Source: a virus
Lineage: Duplodnaviria > Caudoviricetes
Virus record (IMG/VR): IMGVR_UViG_3300020202_001036
Coordinates: 1-55,016 of that record
Reading direction: 5' to 3' (one strand)
DNA length: 55,016 bases
Part shown: in pieces, positions 45,047-53,521 of the stretch
How the letters are laid out: each line of letters starts with the position of its first letter
Numbering within the stretch: position 1 is the stretch's first letter
The notes under the pieces: model-generated
Databases searched by the model: none
Seen by the model: only the letters and a program-made list of their open reading frames with translations
Told to the model about the DNA's origin: nothing
Position numbers and translations under genes: made by a program

Positions 45047-46174
45047 TCAGCCGTCCTCGCCCGGTTCGCGCGCGATCATCGTGTGCGCGGGCCGCCTGAT
45101 GTTGTTTGGTGAGTTGGCGAGGTATCCGGCGCACCAGGCCAAGGCCTGAGACCTCTCGGTCTCGCTCCACGCCTCCACCGTTTCGCGCGCATCGAAATCC
45201 GGATCGTCCCACGCCGGGTCTATCTCCCGCAGCATCTGCACGAGGCGCCCGCCGTCCACACGCTTGGGCAGGTCCGCGGGGGCGGCGGCTGGCGCGGCAG
45301 CGGGCGGAGGGGGTGTCACCTCGCTGCTCTGCGCTGGGGCCGCCGCCCCCTTGGATGCAACGGGGCCATCATTCCCCGTTGACTGCTTTTTCTGCCCGCG
45401 CATCGCGACGCGGCGCCCGTCGGGTGTGCCCGCCGGGACGGGGCTCGGAGTCGGCTCGGCCGGGATGTCGCTCAGCAGCCCCACGATCTCGGGCGCGAAC
45501 GACTCGGCTTGTGGTTGGTCGCGCTCGGTGGCCTCGTCTACGTCCTGGGCGAGCGCCATCTCAGCGCTCTTGGGGAGCCAAGTGAAGAGCCGTCGTATGG
45601 CCGTCTTTTGCGCCATCGCGTTGTAGTCGTTGACCCAGGGCCCGTTGTTCTTGGCCATGGATCGCGCGCGGTAGCTCTCGACGCGCTCCCGGGTCAGCAC
45701 GGTAAAGACTGGCTCACCATCCGTCAGGCGAGCGACGCCATACACGTGCGTGAGCGGCCCCGGCTCGTCGCAGGGCCTGTGCTTCAGCCTCGGCTCCAGG
45801 CCGAGCTCATACTCGAACAGGTCCCCCTTGAACACAGGATGAGCGTAGATGGCCTTCACCATGCCGCTCCGGCGCGCCAGGTCCATCATGCCCTGATACC
45901 CAATGATCAGAGTGCAAACGTCATTGTATGGAACCAAGTAGGCCTGGCCCAGCGGAGTGTTGACCTCCAGCCCGAGTTGGCTCGCCTGCAACAGGCTCCC
46001 CAGGAACGATTGCGGCGTGCACTGGGCCAGCTTGTGGTTGGTTCGCACCGCGGTTAGCGCAATGCGCGCAATGCGCTCCGGCGAGATGTGGTTTGGCAGC
46101 GCCTGCGCGATTGCGGGCTTCATCTTTTCGAGCAGCGCGACCAGTTCCCCGCCGCGTTTCGCCAAGTCACTCAT
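45047..46174 (-). CDS. recT: RecT single-strand annealing recombinase
   Basis: ALPNHISPERIARIALT..CTPQSFLGSL..LGLE..LGQAYLVPY..IGYQG..GPW..MAQKTAIRRL; AAAGGG before ATG 46174. Confidence 0.93.
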   Translation of the reverse strand: MSDLAKRGGELVALLEKMKPAIAQALPNHISPERIARIALTAVRTNHKLAQCTPQSFLGSLLQASQLGLEVNTPLGQAYLVPYNDVCTLIIGYQGMMDLARRSGMVKAIYAHPVFKGDLFEYELGLEPRLKHRPCDEPGPLTHVYGVARLTDGEPVFTVLTRERVESYRARSMAKNNGPWVNDYNAMAQKTAIRRLFTWLPKSAEMALAQDVDEATERDQPQAESFAPEIVGLLSDIPAEPTPSPVPAGTPDGRRVAMRGQKKQSTGNDGPVASKGAAAPAQSSEVTPPPPAAAPAAAPADLPKRVDGGRLVQMLREIDPAWDDPDFDARETVEAWSETERSQALAWCAGYLANSPNNIRRPAHTMIAREPGEDG

Positions 46175-46646
46175 TTGGTTCCCTTTCATTCGGTGCCGCG
46201 AATGGTCCGAAGTGTTCGATCGCTGCCGCGTCATACGCGCGCGCAGCATCAGATTCGTCTTTGAAGTAGCCCAAATGGATGCGGGCTCCGTTGACCTTGA
46301 TGGTGGCGCGCCAGCCGTTGTGATGTTGGCTCTTGGACACGCCCTTGAAGCGCGACGTTTTGTTCGGCCGCTTGCGAACCATGTTCTGGCTGTTCTGTCT
46401 CTTGGTTGCCAGGCGGATGTTCTCGCGCCGATTGTCCAAGCCGTCGCCGTTGATGTGATCCACGAACAAGTGTTTCGGGGCGCACACGATCTGTCGGTGC
46501 ATCCAAACGATTCCATCGCTCGATCGGCGAAGCGCGTATGCGCGCTCGCCGTGAACCTGGACGCACCACTTCCACCGCCTCAATATCCGCCAGTCGTCGT
46601 CATCAACGACAGCGATGTACCCTTGGGTGAGAGGTATTGCTTTCAC
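46167..46646 (-). CDS. HNH homing endonuclease with AP2 domain
   Basis: IPLTQG..VDDDD..MHR..VDHINGDGLDNRRENIR..SRFKGV..HLGYF..AARAYD.AA...FG.FA. Confidence 0.92.
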   Translation of the reverse strand: MKAIPLTQGYIAVVDDDDWRILRRWKWCVQVHGERAYALRRSSDGIVWMHRQIVCAPKHLFVDHINGDGLDNRRENIRLATKRQNSQNMVRKRPNKTSRFKGVSKSQHHNGWRATIKVNGARIHLGYFKDESDAARAYDAAAIEHFGPFAAPNEREPNE

Positions 46647-47797
46647 GCGCGCCTCTGAACCATCTTCTGGATCTCACGCACCTGAATGGCGCCCGCCGCC
46701 TCCAGTTTCGCTGTGAGCTGTCGCTTCTCCGCCGCAGCCTTGCCCTTCGGGGCCCGCTCGGCGACCACGTTTTCGGCCTTCGATGCGGTCATTTCGATGC
46801 ACGCGGCCATGTCATCATCGCTGAATCCCGCATCCTGCAGGACCGGGAACGCCTTGATCGGATCAAGGTGGCGTCGCGGCTCCGTGACGATCGTCAGCCT
46901 GCGCCGACCGTCGCTGATCTCGCCCCCGTTCCTTATCACGTCGGCCTTCAGCGCGTCGAGCACGCGGTCGATCAATTTCGATGCAACACGAGCTTTCTCC
47001 ACGAGATCGATCTTCGCCTCGTTGGTCCACGTCGCGATCGTCTCGCCATCCTCGGCGTAGCCGACCAGGTCACGGTCCGTGACGATCGCGAAGTCGCGAC
47101 GCATCAGCGCGTTCGCGGCTGGGCACTCGTGTGAGCGGTCGCAATGCGCGCAGTGCGGACCGGGGCGGTACTCACCTGACCATGCGACGATCTCGTCGTC
47201 GATGCGCTGGCGCCAGGTGTCGAGCTCGGTGCGCTGCATGCTGTACCGCTCAATCTCCTGGTCGCGAATCCAAAGCACAGAGGCCTCGGCCCACAGCGCG
47301 GCGCGGTCGTCGAGCAGCGCGAGCGCGGCGTATCCGAGCAGCTGTTCACGGAATGACTTATCGACGCGGCCCCCTTTCCAGTCACCGACGTGCACACCGA
47401 CGGGCCCGCGCCCGAGGATGTCGGCGTGCCCGGTCAGGATCCAGGCGTCGTCTTCGTGTTCGAGTTCAATCTCGGTGAGTGGCTCGGGGAAGCACTCGAG
47501 CACTCGCTTGTCCGACTCGGGAAGGTTCGATTCCCAGAGTTTCACACCCTGCGCGATGAGAATGCGCAGGTCCTTTTCTCCCACGCCGTGTTGGCGCGCG
47601 AGCGCGGGGATGCCGTCCCAGTCGGGCCAACCGCGCTCGACCAGCGTGGCCAATCCGGCGTGCGCGGCCGTGCCGAGTTCCGCGACATCGCTCGTGTCGT
47701 TGATCGGAAGTGTGCTCGGGCGCACTGAGCCCGGGCAGGTGAACGCGAGCGGAAGGGCAGAGCACCTCAACCGTAGCTTCTCATTCATCGAGGTCAC
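46643..47797 (-). CDS. PD-(D/E)XK exonuclease (Cas4/DUF2800-like), RecT partner
   Basis: CPGS..GTAAH..E..GHADIL..DWKGG..QLLGYA..PGPHCAHC..CPA. Confidence 0.8.
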   Translation of the reverse strand: MTSMNEKLRLRCSALPLAFTCPGSVRPSTLPINDTSDVAELGTAAHAGLATLVERGWPDWDGIPALARQHGVGEKDLRILIAQGVKLWESNLPESDKRVLECFPEPLTEIELEHEDDAWILTGHADILGRGPVGVHVGDWKGGRVDKSFREQLLGYAALALLDDRAALWAEASVLWIRDQEIERYSMQRTELDTWRQRIDDEIVAWSGEYRPGPHCAHCDRSHECPAANALMRRDFAIVTDRDLVGYAEDGETIATWTNEAKIDLVEKARVASKLIDRVLDALKADVIRNGGEISDGRRRLTIVTEPRRHLDPIKAFPVLQDAGFSDDDMAACIEMTASKAENVVAERAPKGKAAAEKRQLTAKLEAAGAIQVREIQKMVQRRA

Positions 47798-47893
47798 CCT
47801 CCAAAATCTGTCGCGCCAAGCCCTCGGCGAGCAGCACCAGGGGCCAGCAAAAGATACTGAGCCCGAGCAGTACGATGCCGATGGCGAGAGCGG

Positions 47894-48298
47894 TCATGCC
47901 GCCCCCTTTGCCCTGGACGGGCGCACCCTAGCCGGGTCCAGTCGATCGCCATGCATCGCAGCTGCGCGAATCGCAGTGCCAGCGCTGGAACTCAGAATCG
48001 TCCCGCGCTCGATCCGCTCCTCGCCGGACCGCAACCCGCACCCGGAGCATCGTTCGCCGATCACGCGCCACGGCATGCTGCCGCAGAGGTCGCACAGGTG
48101 CTGACGCTGCCGCGGCTCGCCGTCATGGGCAGACTTGACCAGGTGCCGCATCGGCGAGGGCGACCGGAACTGGCGTCGGCGCTCCGCGGTGCGCCGGATG
48201 CGGCACTCGCTCAGGGGCTGCGCTGCTGGGTGCAGATGGTCAATCGAGCGCCCGCATCCGCACGAACAAACGCGGACCCCATCTTTGGGCCGCGTCAT
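47894..48298 (-). CDS. Cys-rich hypothetical protein
   Basis: CSCGCG, CDLC, CSGC. Confidence 0.55.
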   Translation of the reverse strand: MTRPKDGVRVCSCGCGRSIDHLHPAAQPLSECRIRRTAERRRQFRSPSPMRHLVKSAHDGEPRQRQHLCDLCGSMPWRVIGERCSGCGLRSGEERIERGTILSSSAGTAIRAAAMHGDRLDPARVRPSRAKGAA

Positions 48299-48492
48299 GA
48301 CCCAGTCTCCAGGTATCGGGCGGCCATCATGACAGGCCTGCCGAATTCGTCCTCACCGACGCGCTCTTCGATGTCAACGAGATGCCAGCCGTCGCGCTGC
48401 TGGCGATCAAGCTCTGTCACGGCCTGCTCGAGCACCTCGGCGATCACCGGCGTGCTCGGCACGTAGGAGATGGGTCGATCGGAGTCGATCAC
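48295..48492 (-). CDS. Hypothetical protein
   Basis: GTGA/ATGA coupling. Confidence 0.5.
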   Translation of the reverse strand: MIDSDRPISYVPSTPVIAEVLEQAVTELDRQQRDGWHLVDIEERVGEDEFGRPVMMAARYLETGS

Positions 48493-48779
48493 GGCATCAC
48501 CGCCCACAGCAGCAAACCACCCAGCACCACGGCTGCAGCGAACGAGATGGCGAACTCTGCCCAGTTCACGCGCTGCCGCCGCACGATCTGCGTGGTCACC
48601 TCGAGGCGGCAAGCCCGCGGGAGATCCGTCGGAGTCGGGCGCGACGGCCATGTGTCGCTCGGCTTGTTCAGCGGCACGAGGCGCGGACGGAGAGGGAATG
48701 GCTCGTGATCGAGCTCTGTCAGATTGCCAGGAGCGAGGCGGGGCAGTCCCGTAAGGGTCTTGTTCCGGTTCGGCGTCAC
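48489..48779 (-). CDS. Small membrane protein
   Basis: C-terminal TM FAISFAAAVVLGGLLLWAV. Confidence 0.55.
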   Translation of the reverse strand: MTPNRNKTLTGLPRLAPGNLTELDHEPFPLRPRLVPLNKPSDTWPSRPTPTDLPRACRLEVTTQIVRRQRVNWAEFAISFAAAVVLGGLLLWAVMP

Positions 48780-48991
48780 TGGCCCACCTCCGCCTCGTAG
48801 CGAGCAGCCGCCGTCAGCAGACGCGCCGAGACGCGGTCACCGAGTTCGCTCGTGCCCTTGAGTTCACCGGCTGCGCGCCGCACCAGGGCCAGGAGGTCGT
48901 CGCGCGGCCCCGACAGCACCTCGTACGGGGCCAGGTTGAGCACGCCGGGTTCTGGCGCCGGGCGCTGGGCATCGATGTTGCTAGGTCTCAT
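48776..48991 (-). CDS. Hypothetical protein
   Basis: Coupled on both sides. Confidence 0.5.
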   Translation of the reverse strand: MRPSNIDAQRPAPEPGVLNLAPYEVLSGPRDDLLALVRRAAGELKGTSELGDRVSARLLTAAARYEAEVGQ

Positions 48992-49203
48992 GACGTTAGC
49001 TCCACTTCGTGACCGTCATCGCGCACGACTACGACCCTCAGAACGTGGCCGCACGCGGCGGCGTATTGGCCCACTTGCTGCACAGCCCACGCCTCCAGCG
49101 GCGTCGATTCGAGAATGCGCAGGTTGGGCACGGTGAGCCCCATGCGGCTGGCAACCAGGCTCAGCGAGAGGCCGACCTTGGCCCTGAGATGTGCTGGCGT
49201 CAT
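48988..49203 (-). CDS. XRE-family HTH protein
   Basis: LRAKVGLSLSLVASRMGLTVPNLRILES...YAAACGHVLRVVV. Confidence 0.6.
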   Translation of the reverse strand: MTPAHLRAKVGLSLSLVASRMGLTVPNLRILESTPLEAWAVQQVGQYAAACGHVLRVVVVRDDGHEVELTS

Positions 49204-49436
49204 CACTCGTTCTCCGCGTCGGGCAACTCGGGATGACTCAGCGGCGCCGCGGGACACGCCTCGAACCCGAACGTCACCGCGAAGGCCGTCTCGATTTCCT
49301 CGTGCGCCTCGCCCGTGTAGTAGGGACGATGCCAGCCCGGCTTGGGCTGGAACGGGTCTAACTTTCGAAGCTTCGCCGCCAGGCGCTCTGCGGACTCTGG
49401 CTTGGCTTTCAACTCGGTGAGTTCGAGTGCGATCAT
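49203..49436 (-). CDS. Hypothetical protein
   Basis: GAGGAG SD; coupled. Confidence 0.55.
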   Translation of the reverse strand: MIALELTELKAKPESAERLAAKLRKLDPFQPKPGWHRPYYTGEAHEEIETAFAVTFGFEACPAAPLSHPELPDAENE

Positions 49437-49780
49437 GGTTCACTCCTCGCGCAGCACGGCTTGCTGCAGTGCAGCGGGTGGTTCGGGTGGCGCGAATCAT
49501 CGCTGTCGACGCAGCCTGACTCGATGGCGTCGATCTCGGCGTCCGTCATTGTCATCCGCTGCGCCGCTGCCCTCAGGTCGGCAGCGCGAGCCAGCAGCGG
49601 GCTCGCCTCGGCCTCGTATTTGGCAGCTTGCGCGAGCAGGTCGGTGGCCTGAGTCTCAGGTGCCGGAGGCGGCGTGGTTGGCGCTGCGCGGCCGCGGTGG
49701 CCGAAGCAGCGCGGCGTGATGCTGGACGCCGGCTTGCGGCCGGTGTGCGCAGCGTACAGGTCAATGGTGATCTGGCTCAT
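49433..49780 (-). CDS. Hypothetical protein
   Basis: ATGA coupling. Confidence 0.5.
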   Translation of the reverse strand: MSQITIDLYAAHTGRKPASSITPRCFGHRGRAAPTTPPPAPETQATDLLAQAAKYEAEASPLLARAADLRAAAQRMTMTDAEIDAIESGCVDSDDSRHPNHPLHCSKPCCARSEP

Positions 49781-49989
49781 GACCACCCCAGAGCGCGATA
49801 CGTCTCGTAGACCTGAGCCTTGGGCTCTTTGCGCGCATCGAGCCGGCGCTGCTCTTCGGCGCAGAACGCATTCCAGATCCGGACCAGTCGGCCGCGCTCT
49901 GCGCGTTGCTCTAGTGTGGCGGCGTCCTCCAGATCATCGATCTGGATCACCCGGCGGCGCGCTGCCTCTGCGGTCTTACGGTCGATCAT
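49777..49989 (-). CDS. Hypothetical protein, first gene of a sub-operon
   Basis: Strong GGAGGA SD. Confidence 0.6.
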   Translation of the reverse strand: MIDRKTAEAARRRVIQIDDLEDAATLEQRAERGRLVRIWNAFCAEEQRRLDARKEPKAQVYETYRALGWS

Positions 49990-50009
49990 TTGGGTTCCTC
50001 CAATGAAGC

Positions 50010-50120
50010 CTCGAGCCGGGACGGGCGGGTGTTGAAGTCATCTCGAGCCGCCCGCCCCGGGTGTTGACGGGTTCCGACTGACACATAAACTATGCACTGC
50101 ATAGTCGCGTCACGCAAGCG
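50010..50120 (-). promoter_or_regulatory. Internal leftward promoter with 17-bp palindromic operator and structured leader
   Basis: TTGCGT-17-CATAGT; ACTATGCA-C-TGCATAGT at 50089-50105; 26-bp repeats at 50010-50035 and 50042-50067. Confidence 0.6.
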
Positions 50121-50137
50121 CGCGGCGCCTAAATTCG

Positions 50138-50761
50138 TCATCCGAGCCTCGGTTCTGTCGCACCTGAACAGGGGACGCGTAGTAGGCGGCGATCCCAAAC
50201 CACGATCACGATGCCGAAGGGCGGCGCCTTGCTCGTCGAGTTGCCGATGACCTCCCCTTGGTAGAGGAACGAGCGTCGGCCTGGGAGGAAGCGCACCTCC
50301 GGGCCGCCCGGGGCGCGTCCATCGCGGTACGGCTCGACGTAGCGCTGCCACGCCGGTTGTTCGGTGCGGTTCGCGGGCAACAGCATCACCCAGGTCGCCG
50401 CGTCGCCGTGCGCCTTGGCCATCCAGGGTTCGAGATCGCTGAAAGGCGGGTTGCACCAGATGACCTCGTCGGGCCCCCACGTCTGAGCCAGGCCGTCGTA
50501 CCCGAGCGCCTCGGGGTCGCCCATCAGGGAGGTCGGGAAGAGTTGGCCCTGGCGAGCCTCGGCCGCCGTGTAGCCCGCCTTGGCGTAGTAGCGCCTGCAC
50601 TTCGCGTTGTGCCTCGCCGCGGCGACGTCGAGGGTGAAGTGGAACTCTTCGTTGAGCGGGTCGAACACGTCCGGCGGCGTCTCGCGATCGTCCGTGGCAT
50701 CGTCCACGCCCCGCTTCATGACCTGATGCGGGTGGTTGGTCGCCTTGAAGCCGGGGAACAT
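50138..50761 (-). CDS. Phage Dam-family N6-adenine methyltransferase
   Basis: DDRETPPDVF..FHFTLDVAA..WCNPPFS..VMLLPA..RFLPGR; GGAGGAG SD. Confidence 0.88.
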   Translation of the reverse strand: MFPGFKATNHPHQVMKRGVDDATDDRETPPDVFDPLNEEFHFTLDVAAARHNAKCRRYYAKAGYTAAEARQGQLFPTSLMGDPEALGYDGLAQTWGPDEVIWCNPPFSDLEPWMAKAHGDAATWVMLLPANRTEQPAWQRYVEPYRDGRAPGGPEVRFLPGRRSFLYQGEVIGNSTSKAPPFGIVIVVWDRRLLRVPCSGATEPRLG

Positions 50762-50786
50762 CAGGACTCCTCCATCGCTATCTCGA

Positions 50787-51017
50787 TCACGCGGCTCGTC
50801 CTCTCGCGGACCGCATGTACGCGCGCCGCAGGCGCAACGCGCCATCGCGAGTCACGTCGGTTCCGGTCGCGCGCTGCTTGCGTTGGAAGAGTGGACAGCG
50901 CCCTGCTGGCGGGCGCGGGCCCGCGAGGAAACGGATGATTCGCTCGATGTGCGCGAGAGTGAGTGGCTCCTTGCCGCGGGCGACTCGGCGAGCGTTGACT
51001 TGGGCGGCGAGGGTCAT
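50787..51017 (-). CDS. Hypothetical protein
   Basis: ATGA coupling; MTLAAQVNARR. Confidence 0.4.
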   Translation of the reverse strand: MTLAAQVNARRVARGKEPLTLAHIERIIRFLAGPRPPAGRCPLFQRKQRATGTDVTRDGALRLRRAYMRSARGRAA

Positions 51018-51538
51018 TGCAGCGCCCCTCCCTCCCAAAGCCTCGGCGTCAGCGTCTTGAGCAGATAGAGCGGATGCGCCGGGAACCCGCCCTTGGTCAG
51101 CTTGAGCGCGTGTACGCGGATGCCCTCCGTCTTGAGCATGCGTCGGAGTTCCCATGCATCGCGCTCGCGGATGTTGTTGCCCCAGCATGCGACGAACAGA
51201 CCGCCCTCGCGTTTGATGATGGCATCGAAACACGCGACGCGGATCGCCAGGAAGTTGTCCTCTCCGCGCGGGTCGTCGACAGCCCAGAGGCCCTTGGGGT
51301 CGGTGCTGCGGTAGCCGTAGGCGTTCACCTTGACGTAGCGTCCGAATCCCCAGTCGCGCGCGAAGCCGAGTTCGCGGCGGATCGTGGGGTCGTCTTGCGT
51401 CTCGTCCGCGGTGCTGGGGTTGAGCCCGCAGAACACGACCGTGGGCTTGGTGGCGTCCCACTCGCGCCAGAGCGCGTAGCGATAGCGCCGGCACGGGCTG
51501 AATGTGGCACCGGTGAGCGTAAAGGACATGCGTCTCAT
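51014..51538 (-). CDS. DUF1643 family protein
   Basis: FSPCRRYRYALWREW..GLNPSTAD..DDPTIRR..N.Y..RSTDP..WG..PAHPLY. Confidence 0.88.
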   Translation of the reverse strand: MRRMSFTLTGATFSPCRRYRYALWREWDATKPTVVFCGLNPSTADETQDDPTIRRELGFARDWGFGRYVKVNAYGYRSTDPKGLWAVDDPRGEDNFLAIRVACFDAIIKREGGLFVACWGNNIRERDAWELRRMLKTEGIRVHALKLTKGGFPAHPLYLLKTLTPRLWEGGALQ

Positions 51539-51792
51539 TGCGACACTCCGCCCTTTGCCGCTGCCAGCAACTCGTCACGCTCGCGCTCGACTCGGCGGAG
51601 AATCTCGACGGTCTTGCGCAACTGAATGCGCTCATGCTCCAGGCACTTCTCGGCGAACTCTAGGCGCTCCCAGACGTCACCTTCAGGCTTTGGACCCCTG
51701 AATGACTGGATGGGCTGGTCGTCTTGGTACTGCTTGCGCCAGTTGCTCTCCCTAAGGGCCTTGAGGTACGGGATCTGTTCTCTAGCGCTCAT
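51535..51792 (-). CDS. Hypothetical protein
   Basis: Coupled downstream. Confidence 0.45.
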   Translation of the reverse strand: MSAREQIPYLKALRESNWRKQYQDDQPIQSFRGPKPEGDVWERLEFAEKCLEHERIQLRKTVEILRRVERERDELLAAAKGGVSQ

Positions 51793-51927
51793 ATGCCTTC
51801 TCCCAAGTGCGTCGGCGCGCGCTTCATGGCGCAACTCCAAACCAGTAACCGATCACGACACCAGCGCAGAACATGCCGAGCACGAACCACTCATCGTGCT
51901 GGCGAGGCATCCGAAGCTTGAGCTTGG

Positions 51928-52089
51928 TCATCTTGCTCTCCAAGTCAGGGGAATCAACCCAGTGCATGTCAGCGACATGGCCGCGAATGTGAACGCTGCG
52001 ACTGACCAGCCTGCGTGGCTCGCCCATGCGGCTGCGCCGGCGTACGCCCAAGCGCCGAGCCCGAGAATGGCGACTCGGTGCGCTGTCAT
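51928..52089 (-). CDS. Small hydrophobic protein
   Basis: Two TM-like segments; ATG overlaps the upstream stop. Confidence 0.45.
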   Translation of the reverse strand: MTAHRVAILGLGAWAYAGAAAWASHAGWSVAAFTFAAMSLTCTGLIPLTWRAR

Positions 52090-52652
52090 CGCAGCGCCTC
52101 CTGGTAAGCCGCGTTGATGCGGGCCATCGTGGCGTTGTCGCCGCCGCGGTCCGGATGGTTGATGCGCGCGAGCTCGCGGTATCGCGCATCGACCTCGTGG
52201 CGCGCCACGCGACCAGAGAATCCCAGAACGGACCAGCAATCCGCGGCCTGCGGCAGGCGCGCGAAGCCCGCGAAGGCTCGCTCCAGCAGTTCGCTTGCGC
52301 CCGTGCGCTCGAGAGCACGCAGGCTCTCCACCGCGAGTCCGACAGCTCTGAGGTTCTCGCGCACCGTCTGCCAGGCGTCGCAGGCGCAAACGCGCGGCTT
52401 GCCGTTCTTGTCGGTCCAGTACGCGGCCACGCCCGGATCCTCGGGCTCCCGCTGTCCAGCCAGCGGCAAGCCGTCACGTCGCAGCGGTACGCTCGTCGAG
52501 ATGACGACGTCTTTGGCGCGCATCAGCTTGAGCTGTCGCGCGAGTTCGTCCCGTGCGCGCAGGAACGTCACCTCGTACCGCGAGCGGTTGCGCGCGTACG
52601 CCTTGCGCCGCGGCCATCCATCGGGCCAGCAGAGCGGATATGCTTCGATCAT
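52086..52652 (-). CDS. Phage protein with C-terminal J domain
   Basis: AYPLCWPDGWPR..DPGVAAYW..ACDAW..ENLRA; WSVLG..YRELARINHPDRGG..MARINAAY. Confidence 0.85.
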   Translation of the reverse strand: MIEAYPLCWPDGWPRRKAYARNRSRYEVTFLRARDELARQLKLMRAKDVVISTSVPLRRDGLPLAGQREPEDPGVAAYWTDKNGKPRVCACDAWQTVRENLRAVGLAVESLRALERTGASELLERAFAGFARLPQAADCWSVLGFSGRVARHEVDARYRELARINHPDRGGDNATMARINAAYQEALR

Positions 52653-52903
52653 CGCTCGCTCCTTTCGTGACGCGGAGGGAGGGCAGCGCCCCCGCATCGT
52701 TCCCGCTGCCCCGGGGTTGCTCCGAAAGAACGCGCGAACTCTCCGAGCGTGTCGGGGTCCAACCCGAGGCTGACGACGTGTCGCCGGAACTCAGAGATGT
52801 TCGATGCAAGCGATCTCGCCGCCGACCACTTGCATCCATGCGCTGCGGCCCAGTTGCGGCGCTGACGCCAACGCTGGTAGGCGGGCTTTTGGGAAGTCTT
52901 CAC
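52649..52903 (-). CDS. Small basic protein with GxDP domain
   Basis: AGGAGGT SD, GTG 52903; aligns to the 42137-42747 proteins. Confidence 0.6.
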   Translation of the reverse strand: MKTSQKPAYQRWRQRRNWAAAHGCKWSAARSLASNISEFRRHVVSLGLDPDTLGEFARSFGATPGQRERCGGAALPPRHERSER

Positions 52904-53142
52904 GCTACCTCCTTGGCAGCGCGCTGCTCGCGGTTGGGACACCACGGCATCGTGATGTGGTTGCGGGCGTAGTGAGCCCCGAGGCATGCCGGGCACGCGA
53001 GGCTCGGCAGCAGCGCCAAGCGGTCACAGCCGTGGCTGCACCACACCTGTCCCTTGTCGTCGACGAGGTGCCATTTGCGCGCGTAGGCGATCGCGGTGGT
53101 CTCTTGGACCGCGTCCAGCGCGTCTTTGAGCGTGGTTGTCAT
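52900..53142 (-). CDS. Cys-rich hypothetical protein
   Basis: CSHGC..CPAC; coupled. Confidence 0.5.
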   Translation of the reverse strand: MTTTLKDALDAVQETTAIAYARKWHLVDDKGQVWCSHGCDRLALLPSLACPACLGAHYARNHITMPWCPNREQRAAKEVA

Positions 53143-53327
53143 CGCTCCACCACGTTGTCGAGCACGCGCAGCCAATGCGCGGTGTTTGGCTTGGTCCACG
53201 GTTCCGGTTGTGCTGCCATCGCGTCGGCGAGCAGCCGACGCAGGATCTCGATCTCCTCACGCAGCGCCTGCTGCGTGTCGCCTTGCTGCTGTGCGAGCTT
53301 CAGCTCCTCGAGTCCAACGAGCATCAC
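53139..53327 (-). CDS. Hypothetical protein
   Basis: Coupled; short coiled coil. Confidence 0.4.
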   Translation of the reverse strand: MMLVGLEELKLAQQQGDTQQALREEIEILRRLLADAMAAQPEPWTKPNTAHWLRVLDNVVER

Positions 53328-53521
53328 GACCTGCCTCCCCGCGGCCAGCGCACTCGCTGCTCCGGCGGCGCGAGGCGCTCGGAGAGCACCTTGCGCACGC
53401 GGGGAGTGGATGCCCACACGCCTGGGATGTGCACCCACCCCACGCCGTTCCAGCGCGAGATGGTGGCCACCCCGCGCATGTGCACGAGTTCTACCCAATA
53501 GAACCCTGGCACGCGCTTCAC
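53324..53521 (-). CDS. Hypothetical protein
   Basis: GAGGTG SD; VKRVPGFYWV..W.G.GW. Confidence 0.5.
   Translation of the reverse strand: MKRVPGFYWVELVHMRGVATISRWNGVGWVHIPGVWASTPRVRKVLSERLAPPEQRVRWPRGGRS

Noticed and set aside
50010-50067. Mini CRISPR array
   Set aside because: Only two units with a 6-nt gap. No cas genes are present, and the Cas4-like nuclease is explained as the RecT partner.
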